From the NCBI GenBank assembly GCA_964651945.1, contig CAZYZR010000001.1:4162-33373 (forward strand): a stretch of 29,212 bases of DNA, given 5' to 3'. A program made the translations under genes and the position numbers. Shown in pieces: positions 19,409 through 27,651 of this stretch (positions are counted from its first letter, which is position 1; each line of letters begins with the position of its first letter). The notes below the pieces were generated by a model. The model saw nothing but the letters and a program-made list of their open reading frames with translations. It ran no database searches and had not been told where the DNA came from. Source of the stretch: an uncultured Oscillospiraceae bacterium (GTDB taxonomy: Bacteria > Bacillota > Clostridia > Oscillospirales > Ruminococcaceae).

Positions 19409-20563
19409 ATGGAATTCAGATGGTATACCCGGCGGGATCCGGGAGCAGAGGACGCTTACAAGATAAGGAAGATTGTTTTCTGCGATGAAGTGGGATTCAC
19501 TGAGGATTTTGAATTTGATGAAACCGATAAAATCTCCTGTCACCTTGTTCTATATCTAGACGGGATTCCCACCGGAGCGGCAAGGATAAACAGGGAAGAG
19601 GGAAATACATGGCATTTCGGGCGCCTTTGCTGTCTTGTACCCCACAGGGGGAAAGGGCTGGGAAAAGCCCTGCTGAATGAGGCTGTGAGGAAATGTCTCT
19701 TATTTGGTGCCGACAAAATTAATCTGGGGGCAAAATACGATAAGAGGGATTTTTACAGGTCCCGGGGATTTTCTCCAACCGAAGAAATATTCTACGAAGA
19801 GGGAATACCCCACATTAATATGACCAGAAATTTTGATATTTCCCCTGTTACAAGAGATTCCTTTGACATACCTCAGCATGCGAATCTTTTCGCCCTGATA
19901 TACAGGCGGAGTGCAGAGCTGGCAGGAAGTGCGGGACGGGAAGCTGCAGATAAAGGTACACAGCTCTATGGCAGACAAAGAGGCCGGAGAATGGCGGAAA
20001 GAGCAAGAAGGGACGGAGCTCCCCTCAATATGGAGAGCTATCTTCTCTACGGTGAATGGGAGGACAAAAACTATCGTTCACAAAGCGAAGAAGCCCCCAC
20101 CTCTCCACGGTACACAACCCTTGTATCAAAGTGCGGATGGTGTGAAGCCTGGAAAGAGTCGGGACTTCTTGAGTACGGGAAAAATTATTGCACTTACGTG
20201 GACAAGAGCCTTGTCCGGGGGTTTAACAGCCGGCTGAGACTGGATATACAGAGCATTCTTTCCCAGGGCGGAGACAGATGCTGCTTTGTATGGAATGGGT
20301 TTTCCCTGGACTCAGATTCACAAAAAGCAGATTATGTCCGGAAATCAAAGGGCATGAGCCCGAAAAAAATCAAGGATTTTCTCTATCATACCGGCCATCT
20401 CCTGCGGGCGATGACATCCCGGATAGGCCGGGAACTGGGTGAGGAGAAAGCCGGAGCGATAAAAGAAAAAGCCCTCAGAGATTTTGAAGGTATGTACGGA
20501 CAGGAGCAGACTGCGGCGGTGATTGTAGAGGCAAGGCAGGACTTTACTCTGGTGGATTATTGA
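19409..20563 (+). CDS. GNAT acetyltransferase (ElaA/YjcF-like) fused to an ATC-hydrolase-like (V4R-related) domain
   Basis: N-terminal RKIVFCDE, EFDETD, GRL..RGKGLGKALL, FY..xGF, EGIPH; C-terminal YGxxRGxRMAxRA, CGWCEAW, YCTYVD, GFN, GGDRCCF. Start placed at ATG 19409 after GAGGTG (19406 is also possible). Confidence 0.7.
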   Translation: MEFRWYTRRDPGAEDAYKIRKIVFCDEVGFTEDFEFDETDKISCHLVLYLDGIPTGAARINREEGNTWHFGRLCCLVPHRGKGLGKALLNEAVRKCLLFGADKINLGAKYDKRDFYRSRGFSPTEEIFYEEGIPHINMTRNFDISPVTRDSFDIPQHANLFALIYRRSAELAGSAGREAADKGTQLYGRQRGRRMAERARRDGAPLNMESYLLYGEWEDKNYRSQSEEAPTSPRYTTLVSKCGWCEAWKESGLLEYGKNYCTYVDKSLVRGFNSRLRLDIQSILSQGGDRCCFVWNGFSLDSDSQKADYVRKSKGMSPKKIKDFLYHTGHLLRAMTSRIGRELGEEKAGAIKEKALRDFEGMYGQEQTAAVIVEARQDFTLVDY

Positions 20564-20615
20564 CACCGGGAAGTTTTAAAAAGGTTTCCGGAACATATCA
20601 GGTAAACAAAAAATA

Positions 20616-20645
20616 AATGAGGCGATGGTTTTCCATCGCCTCATT
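20616..20645. terminator. Bidirectional terminator between convergent genes
   Basis: Perfect 13-bp stem AATGAGGCGATGG-tttt-CCATCGCCTCATT, A-rich on the left and T-rich on the right. Confidence 0.8.
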
Positions 20646-20659
20646 GCTTTTGTTACAAT

Positions 20660-21076
20660 TTAATTTTCGCCGCTTAACAGATTTTTTGCAAATTTTGCCG
20701 CCAGCCGGCAGTCCTCCTGATTGGGTTTTCCCCTGTTCAGCATAAGGAAAGAGCCCTTGCAGGAAAATTCTTCCTCCGCCAGAGGAATTCCTTTGTCACC
20801 GAGCAATCCTGAGATGACTTTATACGTGGATTTAGCAGCCCGTGTGGTGGAAAAGTTCACTACTTTTCCCACTTTTACATTGATATTCTTTATAAAGTCC
20901 TTAATATGTCCGTCCACTCCGCCGGCATACATCGCACTGCCCAGGAACAGAATATCCACGTCTTCATTAAACGGTTCAGTCACAGACAAGGCGGGCACCC
21001 CTGCTGCCTCCGCAATGGCCTCGGCTATTTTGCGGGTATTTCCTCCGCGTGAATAATACCTTACAGCTATTTTCAT
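20660..21076 (-). CDS. Short-chain flavodoxin-like protein
   Basis: 138 aa; YYSRGGNTRKIA (FMN phosphate loop), LFLGSAMY; GGAGG RBS. Confidence 0.85.
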   Translation of the reverse strand: MKIAVRYYSRGGNTRKIAEAIAEAAGVPALSVTEPFNEDVDILFLGSAMYAGGVDGHIKDFIKNINVKVGKVVNFSTTRAAKSTYKVISGLLGDKGIPLAEEEFSCKGSFLMLNRGKPNQEDCRLAAKFAKNLLSGEN

Positions 21077-21198
21077 TTTTCCTCCTGTATATATCCCTTG
21101 ATGTCAAATAGCATTTGATTTGATATGATTATTTCAATTTTATTTTCCCATCCCTTGCACCTGTTTTCAGTAACTTTGTCACACATTAATTATGCTGA

Positions 21199-21232
21199 AG
21201 AAAAAATTCCCCGCTCCTTGGGAGCGAGGAAT
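21199..21232 (-). terminator. Rho-independent terminator after cyclophilin gene
   Basis: ATTCCcCGCTCC-ttg-GGAGCGaGGAAT stem (one mismatch) with a U-tract on the minus strand. Confidence 0.65.
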
Positions 21233-21238
21233 GATATT

Positions 21239-21712
21239 TTATTCTATTATTTCCACTTTCTTCATAATAACTGGGGACAAGGGTTTGTCGGCACACCCGG
21301 TGGCCACGGAGGCTATCCTGTCCACCACATCCATGCCCTCAACCACCTTTCCGAAAGCGGCATAATTGCCATCCAGATAAGGTGCATCTGCATGCATTAT
21401 GAAAAACTGACTTCCGGCGGAATCAGGGACTATAGTCCTTGCCATTGAAACCACTCCCCTGGTGTGTTTCAGATCGTTCTTTACGCCGTTTGCCTCAAAC
21501 TCTCCTTTTATTGTCCATCCGGGGCCTCCGCTTCCGTCACCTTTCGGGCATCCGCCCTGAATTACAAATCCGGGAATTACCCTGTGAAATGTAAGTCCGT
21601 CGTAAAACCCACTCTTCACCAGTTTTTCGAAGTTTGCACAGGTTATCGGAGCAATCTCGGGGTAAAGCTCGATTTTTATCTTTTCACCTGTGTTCATTGT
21701 TATGACTACCAT
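21239..21712 (-). CDS. Cyclophilin-type peptidyl-prolyl cis-trans isomerase
   Basis: 157 aa; [53 protein letters not shown]. Confidence 0.95.
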   Translation of the reverse strand: MVVITMNTGEKIKIELYPEIAPITCANFEKLVKSGFYDGLTFHRVIPGFVIQGGCPKGDGSGGPGWTIKGEFEANGVKNDLKHTRGVVSMARTIVPDSAGSQFFIMHADAPYLDGNYAAFGKVVEGMDVVDRIASVATGCADKPLSPVIMKKVEIIE

Positions 21713-21743
21713 ATTTTTATCCTTTCTTCCGGCAGCGCCGTGA

Positions 21744-22502
21744 TTATTTTCGGTTTATATTATTGTAATATCCGTACAGCCCTTTCAGAAGCAAGTCGGG
21801 GTCGTAGACATATTTTTCCCTGCAGAATGGAAGAACGGCTTTTGCCCCGCCGCCTGTGATGTATCTGGTCACACCGGATCCCAGTTCTTTTTCAAATTCC
21901 AAGTTGATCCTGTCTACACTGCCGGCCCGGCCTAAAATTATCCCGGATGACAGTGACTGCGGAGTATTTTTTCCGATGGATACTGCCGGAGGGGACAGCT
22001 TCCTGTCTACAACAAGGCCGGTGGAATTTTCCAGAGCAATCCGGGACAAGAGTATGCCGGGCATAATGGATACTCCCAGTATTGCTCCGTTTTCATCGAC
22101 CCGGGTCACAGAGGTTGCAGTTCCCATATCAGTGACAACAGCGGGCAGCTTTTCTGCCGCGATACAGGAGGCAACTATATCAGCACCCACTTCCATCGGG
22201 TCATCAGTCAGGATTTTTATCCCGGACAAATCATTCCTGAACAATAGCGGATTTCTTCCCGTGATATCCCTCAGTGCGTCACATACTTTGCCTGTGACAA
22301 CCGAAACTACGCTGCAGACAGCACACCCCTCTGTATTTTCCGCCCTGATTCCGGCATTCAGAAAACTTGTTTTAAATCCTGCCAGAAAATTTTCGTATGT
22401 CTGCCTCTTGTCGTAGTCCATTTTAATTTTTGAGTGCAGAATACCTTCTTCGAAAACGCCTATATCTATATCGGTGTTTCCCACGTCGACACATATCAAC
22501 AT
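21744..22502 (-). CDS. coaX: Type III pantothenate kinase
   Basis: 252 aa; [38 protein letters not shown]. Confidence 0.9.
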   Translation of the reverse strand: MLICVDVGNTDIDIGVFEEGILHSKIKMDYDKRQTYENFLAGFKTSFLNAGIRAENTEGCAVCSVVSVVTGKVCDALRDITGRNPLLFRNDLSGIKILTDDPMEVGADIVASCIAAEKLPAVVTDMGTATSVTRVDENGAILGVSIMPGILLSRIALENSTGLVVDRKLSPPAVSIGKNTPQSLSSGIILGRAGSVDRINLEFEKELGSGVTRYITGGGAKAVLPFCREKYVYDPDLLLKGLYGYYNNINRK

Positions 22503-22510
22503 AATAATTT

Positions 22511-22539
22511 ATTTTATCACAAGAATGCTGTTATATAAA
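22511..22539 (-). promoter_or_regulatory. Extended -10 promoter (TGA-TAAAAT) immediately upstream of coaX ATG
   Basis: Minus-strand -10 at 22511-22516 with TG, -35-like TTTATA at 22534-22539 (17-nt spacer); only 8 nt lie between the -10 and the ATG. Confidence 0.5.
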
Positions 22540-22680
22540 CCTCACTGTAAAAAATTTTACAAATTTACAAATTCTACATTCAGTCGTTATCAGGAAACAG
22601 GGGTAAATGTTGTTATGGCATATTCCGGTATGTCAGAATATTTACAATTTTCTGTTTCCACCCATAAACTCAATATTTTA

Positions 22681-22689
22681 TGGTACAAT
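22681..22689 (+). promoter_or_regulatory. Extended -10 promoter (TGG-TACAAT) for the pseudouridine synthase
   Basis: TGn followed by TACAAT about 58 nt upstream of the likely start; -35 is poor. Confidence 0.45.
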
Positions 22690-22747
22690 GAATCCGGTGA
22701 TTACGTTTATCCGTAATTGCTTATTGCTTTATCCGGGGTATTCAGCG

Positions 22748-23467
22748 TTGCGACTGGACAGATATGTGAGCGAGAGCCTGGGAATTTCGAGAAAAGAATC
22801 TTCACGGATCATAAGGCACGGAGAGATTGAAGTAAACGGAATCAGGCAGAAAAGCTCCTCTTTTTCAGTTTCGGATGAGGACAGAGTCTGCCGAAACGGA
22901 GAAGAGCTTTTAAGAGAAGATTTTGTATATCTTATGATGAACAAGCCCATAGGCGTGTTGAGTGCATCCGAAGATTCCGGCGGCCTTACCGCCCGGGATC
23001 TGGTGAAAGATGATTTTCCCAGAAGAAACCTTTACCCCGCAGGCAGGCTTGACAAGGACAGCACAGGACTTTTGCTCCTCACCGATGACGGGACATTTGC
23101 CCACTTTGTCACATCTCCCAAAAGGCACGTGGCAAAAAACTATATAGTCTCAATTGACTCTCCCGCAACTGAGAATATAATAGAAGGTTTTAAAAACGGG
23201 ATTGTACTCCCCGACGGTGAAGTGCTGAAAAGTGCCGAACTCAGGCCCCTCAGCCCCGATGGACTTACTTGCCAAGTCACCATATCTCAGGGAGTCTATC
23301 ACCAGATAAAGCGCATGTTCGGTGTCTATGGGATCGGCGTAAACTCCCTTCACCGCATCTCAATAGGCGGGCTTGTTCTCCCGCAGGATTTGGCTCCCGG
23401 GGAATACAAAAAGCTCAGTCCGGAGGATCTTGTCGCAGCGGGTTATAAGAAATTTCCCGATTTTTAA
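22748..23467 (+). CDS. RsuA/RluB-family pseudouridine synthase
   Basis: S4 domain beginning LRLDRYV (TTG start at 22748 inferred), MNKPIG, AGRLDKDSTGLL (catalytic Asp), EG-like QGVYHQIKRMF, LHRISIG. Confidence 0.88.
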   Translation: MRLDRYVSESLGISRKESSRIIRHGEIEVNGIRQKSSSFSVSDEDRVCRNGEELLREDFVYLMMNKPIGVLSASEDSGGLTARDLVKDDFPRRNLYPAGRLDKDSTGLLLLTDDGTFAHFVTSPKRHVAKNYIVSIDSPATENIIEGFKNGIVLPDGEVLKSAELRPLSPDGLTCQVTISQGVYHQIKRMFGVYGIGVNSLHRISIGGLVLPQDLAPGEYKKLSPEDLVAAGYKKFPDF

Positions 23468-23568
23468 AGAATGCTGCACATTTGCCCTTTATAATGTCAA
23501 CAGGCTTTTGACATCCCGATAATTTTATGTTTTGCACATAAACATAGGTGAAAAATTGTAAATCAATG

Positions 23569-23597
23569 TTGCATTTTGTTGAATAATTGTGTAGAAT
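23569..23597 (+). promoter_or_regulatory. Sigma-A promoter for CdaR-ftsEX operon (TTGCAT-17-TAGAAT)
   Basis: -35 at 23569-23574, -10 at 23592-23597. Confidence 0.55.
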
Positions 23598-23655
23598 AGT
23601 AATTATTAAGTTTAAGAGTTGTATAAAATAACAAAGTTTTTTCGGGGGAGTAGTT

Positions 23656-24741
23656 ATGTCAAACAGGATGTTTCAGGGAATTATTTACCAGATGAGGGAG
23701 ATAATAGGCAGGACAATCGGAGTTACTGATGAAATGGGCGTAGTTGTGGCCTGCAGTGATCTCAGCCAGGTGGACGGAATCCGCAACGGGGTCCAGAGCG
23801 AGAGGATGGCAAACAATTCTGCCTTTACCCGCAACGGATTTTCATACCGCGGTTTTACCAGCACAAAGAGGAATGACTTCTATGTCTTCGTTGAGGGCAC
23901 TGATGAGCAGGCAGACAAGTATGCAGCTATGCTCGCAGTCACCCTGCAGAATCTGAAACAGTTTCATGATGAGAAATTCGATAGGCTCAATTTCATTAAA
24001 AATGTTGTGATGGACAATATAATGCCCGGGGATATTTACGCCAAGGCAAGGGAGAAGCATTTTGCTACGGATGTTCCCAGGGTGGTTTTGATAATCAGGG
24101 TGGAGCAGCAGAAAGAGATGTCCGCATATGAAGTTGTGCGGAACTTGTTCCCCGACAAGCAGAAGGATTTTGTATTTGAAACCAGTGAGACCGACACAGT
24201 CCTGATCAAAGAGCTCAAAAAGGGAATAGAGACCAAAGATATTGAAAAACTTGCCGCTTCCATTGTCGATACCCTCAATGTGGAATATTATATAAAGGCT
24301 GTCGTTGGGATCGGCACTCAGGTAAACAACATAAAGGATCTCTCCACTTCATTTAAAGAGGCTCAGATGGCACTTGAAGTGGGAAAAGTTTTTGACACTG
24401 AAAAGTCAATAGTAAATTACGAGAATCTCGGGATAGCCAGGCTCATTTATCAGCTTCCCACCACATTGTGCGAAATGTTCCTGAAAGAGGTTTTCAAACA
24501 GGGTTCGATAGAGAGCCTTGACCGGGAGACACTGTTTACAATTCAGAGCTTTTTCGAAAACAATCTGAATGTAAGTGAAACTTCAAGAGGACTTTTTGTC
24601 CACAGGAACACCCTTGTGTACCGTCTTGAAAAGATAAGAAAAATAACCGGGCTGGATTTAAGGCAGTTTGACGATGCAATAATATTTAAAGTTGCCCTTA
24701 TGGTGAAGAAATATCTTCAGTCAACCCAGGAGAGATATTGA
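23656..24741 (+). CDS. CdaR/PucR-family transcriptional regulator
   Basis: 361 aa; N-terminal sensor region, GGDEF-like middle (VVGIGT, SFKEAQMAL), C-terminal HTH FFENNLNVSETSRGLFVHRNTLVYRLEKI. Confidence 0.85.
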   Translation: MSNRMFQGIIYQMREIIGRTIGVTDEMGVVVACSDLSQVDGIRNGVQSERMANNSAFTRNGFSYRGFTSTKRNDFYVFVEGTDEQADKYAAMLAVTLQNLKQFHDEKFDRLNFIKNVVMDNIMPGDIYAKAREKHFATDVPRVVLIIRVEQQKEMSAYEVVRNLFPDKQKDFVFETSETDTVLIKELKKGIETKDIEKLAASIVDTLNVEYYIKAVVGIGTQVNNIKDLSTSFKEAQMALEVGKVFDTEKSIVNYENLGIARLIYQLPTTLCEMFLKEVFKQGSIESLDRETLFTIQSFFENNLNVSETSRGLFVHRNTLVYRLEKIRKITGLDLRQFDDAIIFKVALMVKKYLQSTQERY

Positions 24742-24839
24742 ATTTGTCTGCCCTCCGGATTCATTCCCGGGATGGCTTTTCCCGGTATCGCTGTATGTGC
24801 TTGCTCAACAGTTTATTTTGCGGGGTTCAGGAGTAGAGG

Positions 24840-25523
24840 ATGATAGATTTTAAAAATGTCACAAAGAAATACGAGCCCAATATAACCGCTCTGAAAAACA
24901 TCACAGTTCACGTGGACAAGGGGGAGTTTGTGTTTGTGCTTGGCCACTCCGGGGCAGGAAAGAGCACTTTTTTAAAGCTTATGCTCCGCGAGGAGAAGGC
25001 CGACAGCGGCAAAATTGTGGTAAACGGCTACAATGTAACCGACATAAGGGAGAAAGACATCCCCTATATGCGCAGGACTCTTGGAGTGGTTTTTCAGGAC
25101 TTCAGGCTGATACCCAACCTCACCGCCTTTGAAAATATAGCCTTCGCCATGAGAGTGACCAACATCGACGAAAAGGAGATCGACAAACGAGTTCCGTATA
25201 TACTGAACCTGGTGGGCCTTCAGGGAAAAGAGGACAAGCTCCCTGCTCAGCTTTCAGGCGGTGAACAGCAAAGGGTTGCTCTTGCCAGAGCCCTTGTCCA
25301 CAATCCGGACCTTGTGATAGCGGATGAGCCCACGGGAAATATAGACCCACAGCTTTCAATAGAAATTATGGAACTTTTGAAGGCGATAAACCACACAGGT
25401 ACTACTGTTCTGGTGGTGACCCACGAAGTAGAACTTGCAAAAAGGTATGCTCAGAGGATAATAGAAATGAGGTCCGGCACGATAATCGGGGATACATTGG
25501 CTAAAAAGGCGGTGGCAGAATGA
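24840..25523 (+). CDS. ftsE: Cell division ABC ATPase FtsE
   Basis: 227 aa; GHSGAGKST, GVVFQDFRLI, LSGGEQQR, IADEPTGNID; upstream of ftsX. Confidence 0.93.
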   Translation: MIDFKNVTKKYEPNITALKNITVHVDKGEFVFVLGHSGAGKSTFLKLMLREEKADSGKIVVNGYNVTDIREKDIPYMRRTLGVVFQDFRLIPNLTAFENIAFAMRVTNIDEKEIDKRVPYILNLVGLQGKEDKLPAQLSGGEQQRVALARALVHNPDLVIADEPTGNIDPQLSIEIMELLKAINHTGTTVLVVTHEVELAKRYAQRIIEMRSGTIIGDTLAKKAVAE

Positions 25524-26428
25524 AATTTTCGAGTTTCAAATATCTTCTCGGCCAGGGTTTCCGCAACTTTAAAGGGAACCGTCTTATGAGTGTCGCCTCC
25601 GTAGGCGTGGTGGCTTCCTGTCTGATTCTCACCGGTATTTGCGGGTTATTGGCCCTAAATGTCAACAGTTTTGTAAATTACCTCGGCGCCCAGAACGAGG
25701 TCGTGATATATCTCCGGGAGACCGCCACTGAGGACCAGATAAGCAATATGGAAAAAAAGCTTTCTTCCGACAGTGACGTATCATCCTATGTGTTTGTATC
25801 CAAGGAAGATGCCCTCAAAGAGCAGATGGGATATATGGGCCAGTATGCCAGCTTACTTGAGAGCTATCAGGGGGAAAACAACCCGCTCCCGGCTTCCTTC
25901 AGGGTTCATGTCCGGGATCTTAAACGGATCAACAGCGCATCATACCGTTTTTCGGGTATGGAGGGTGTGGATTATGTGTCCACTCCGACTGAAATTGCCA
26001 GTGTTCTGATTACCCTCAAAAATATAGTGTTTTATGCGGGTATTGCCATTCTCGCCACCCTTTTCCTCGTCAGCATGGTGGTCATATCAAACACCATAAG
26101 GCTGACAGTATACGCCAGGAGGAGGGAGATAAGCATAATGAAGTATGTGGGTGCCACAAACGGATTTATCCGCTTCCCCTTTGTAGTGGAAGGGCTGATA
26201 ATAGGCACAGTGTCATCCGTCATTACATTCCGGGCAGTCAGTGCGGGATATGTTTATCTGTTCAATTACATAACATCCCAGGCCACCGGTCTTATTGCGA
26301 TGCTTTCTCAGTGCATAATCCCATATACGGATATACTCCCATATATGGCGGTTGTTTTTCTTCTCTTCGGTTGGATTATCGGCGGTCTTGGAAGCGCTCT
26401 CTCGATGAGAAGATACTTAAAAGTCTGA
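25520..26428 (+). CDS. ftsX: Cell division permease FtsX
   Basis: 302 aa; four TM helices, ISNTIRLTVYARRREISIMKYVGATNGFIRFPFVVEG. Confidence 0.93.
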   Translation: MKFSSFKYLLGQGFRNFKGNRLMSVASVGVVASCLILTGICGLLALNVNSFVNYLGAQNEVVIYLRETATEDQISNMEKKLSSDSDVSSYVFVSKEDALKEQMGYMGQYASLLESYQGENNPLPASFRVHVRDLKRINSASYRFSGMEGVDYVSTPTEIASVLITLKNIVFYAGIAILATLFLVSMVVISNTIRLTVYARRREISIMKYVGATNGFIRFPFVVEGLIIGTVSSVITFRAVSAGYVYLFNYITSQATGLIAMLSQCIIPYTDILPYMAVVFLLFGWIIGGLGSALSMRRYLKV

Positions 26429-26441
26429 TTGGAAAAGTTAT

Positions 26442-27623
26442 ATGAAAAACGACAAGAAAAGTAAAAATATTATAGTCCGCATTCTCTGTCTCGTGTTTGT
26501 TTTTGCCATGAGTGCAGGGCTTGTGTCACCTTTTATTGCCTATGCTGATTCAAAGGATGATTTTCTTGAGGCCCAGAAGAAGCTGGATGCAATAAATGAG
26601 CAGATTGCTGGTCTCAACGATGAGGAGAAAAAGCTGGAGAGCCAGAAGAAAAACGCCAATACACAGATGGATCTGGTCAAGCAGCAGATAAACATCCTCA
26701 AAAACGACATTGGCACTTTGCAGGAAGACCTGCGGAAAAAGCAGGAGGAGCTTGATGCCAAGAAAATTGAGATTGAGGACACCGACCAGCTCTTTAAGGA
26801 TAGGCTAAAGGCGATGTATATAATGAGAAGCGGCGGAAATCTTTCCACAATACTTGCCGTTGACAGCTTTTCCGAGCTTCTCACTGCCACGGATACCCTT
26901 CAGAGAATCTCCGTTGCGGATACAGACCTGATAAAATACCTGTCTGAACAGAAAAAGATAATAGAAGAGGAAGAGGCTTCAATACAGGATTCCCTCAATG
27001 AACTTGTGGAAAAACAGGGGACTATGGAGGACAAGCAGTCGGAACTCGCAGGCCTTATGCAGACTCTTGATGATCAGCTCACTGACACAGAGGCCAAACA
27101 GCAGGCGGCCCGGCGGGACCGGCAGGTGATATATGAAGAGTACCAGCGGGCCAAAAAAGCAGTTGAGGCTGAGTTCGGCGAGAGCTATACCGATCAGTTC
27201 GTGGGCGGTGAGTATATCTGGCCGGTTCCGGGCTATGGGAACATTTCCTCAGGTTACGGCCCCAGGTCCTTTTACATTTACGGAACCCCTTATTCGGATT
27301 TTCACAATGGGATAGATATATCCGGCGGTGGAATACATGGGCGGCCTATAGTTGCATCAAACTCCGGTATGGTGAGGAGAGCCCAGTACGGCACTTCCGG
27401 CTACGGCAATGTTGTGGAGGTGGACCACGGGGGCGGAAACTATACCTTGTATGGCCACTGCTCATCCCTTGCGGTGGGTGTGGGAGATTACGTGACCCAG
27501 GGACAGGTTATAGCCTATGTGGGCAACACCGGATTTTCCACCGGTCCTCACCTGCATTTTGGGCTTTACACAGGAGGAGGCTTTGTGGATCCCACGCCGT
27601 ATGTTTCCGGATCAAGGCCCTGA
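26442..27623 (+). CDS. Secreted coiled-coil plus M23 peptidase (EnvC/CwlO-like FtsEX partner)
   Basis: 393 aa; signal peptide, long coiled coil, YIWPVP, FHNGID, GYGN, YGHCS, STGPHLHF. Confidence 0.88.
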   Translation: MKNDKKSKNIIVRILCLVFVFAMSAGLVSPFIAYADSKDDFLEAQKKLDAINEQIAGLNDEEKKLESQKKNANTQMDLVKQQINILKNDIGTLQEDLRKKQEELDAKKIEIEDTDQLFKDRLKAMYIMRSGGNLSTILAVDSFSELLTATDTLQRISVADTDLIKYLSEQKKIIEEEEASIQDSLNELVEKQGTMEDKQSELAGLMQTLDDQLTDTEAKQQAARRDRQVIYEEYQRAKKAVEAEFGESYTDQFVGGEYIWPVPGYGNISSGYGPRSFYIYGTPYSDFHNGIDISGGGIHGRPIVASNSGMVRRAQYGTSGYGNVVEVDHGGGNYTLYGHCSSLAVGVGDYVTQGQVIAYVGNTGFSTGPHLHFGLYTGGGFVDPTPYVSGSRP

Positions 27624-27651
27624 TGCATAAAAATAAATTCAAAGGAGCAAG

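Noticed and set aside
22556-22579. Short tandem repeat TTTACAAA x2 plus TTCTACAT
   Set aside because: Too short and AT-rich to distinguish from chance; not CRISPR-like.
22607-22747. Long N-terminus of the pseudouridine synthase
   Set aside because: AT-rich promoter-like sequence; the S4 domain starts at TTG 22748.
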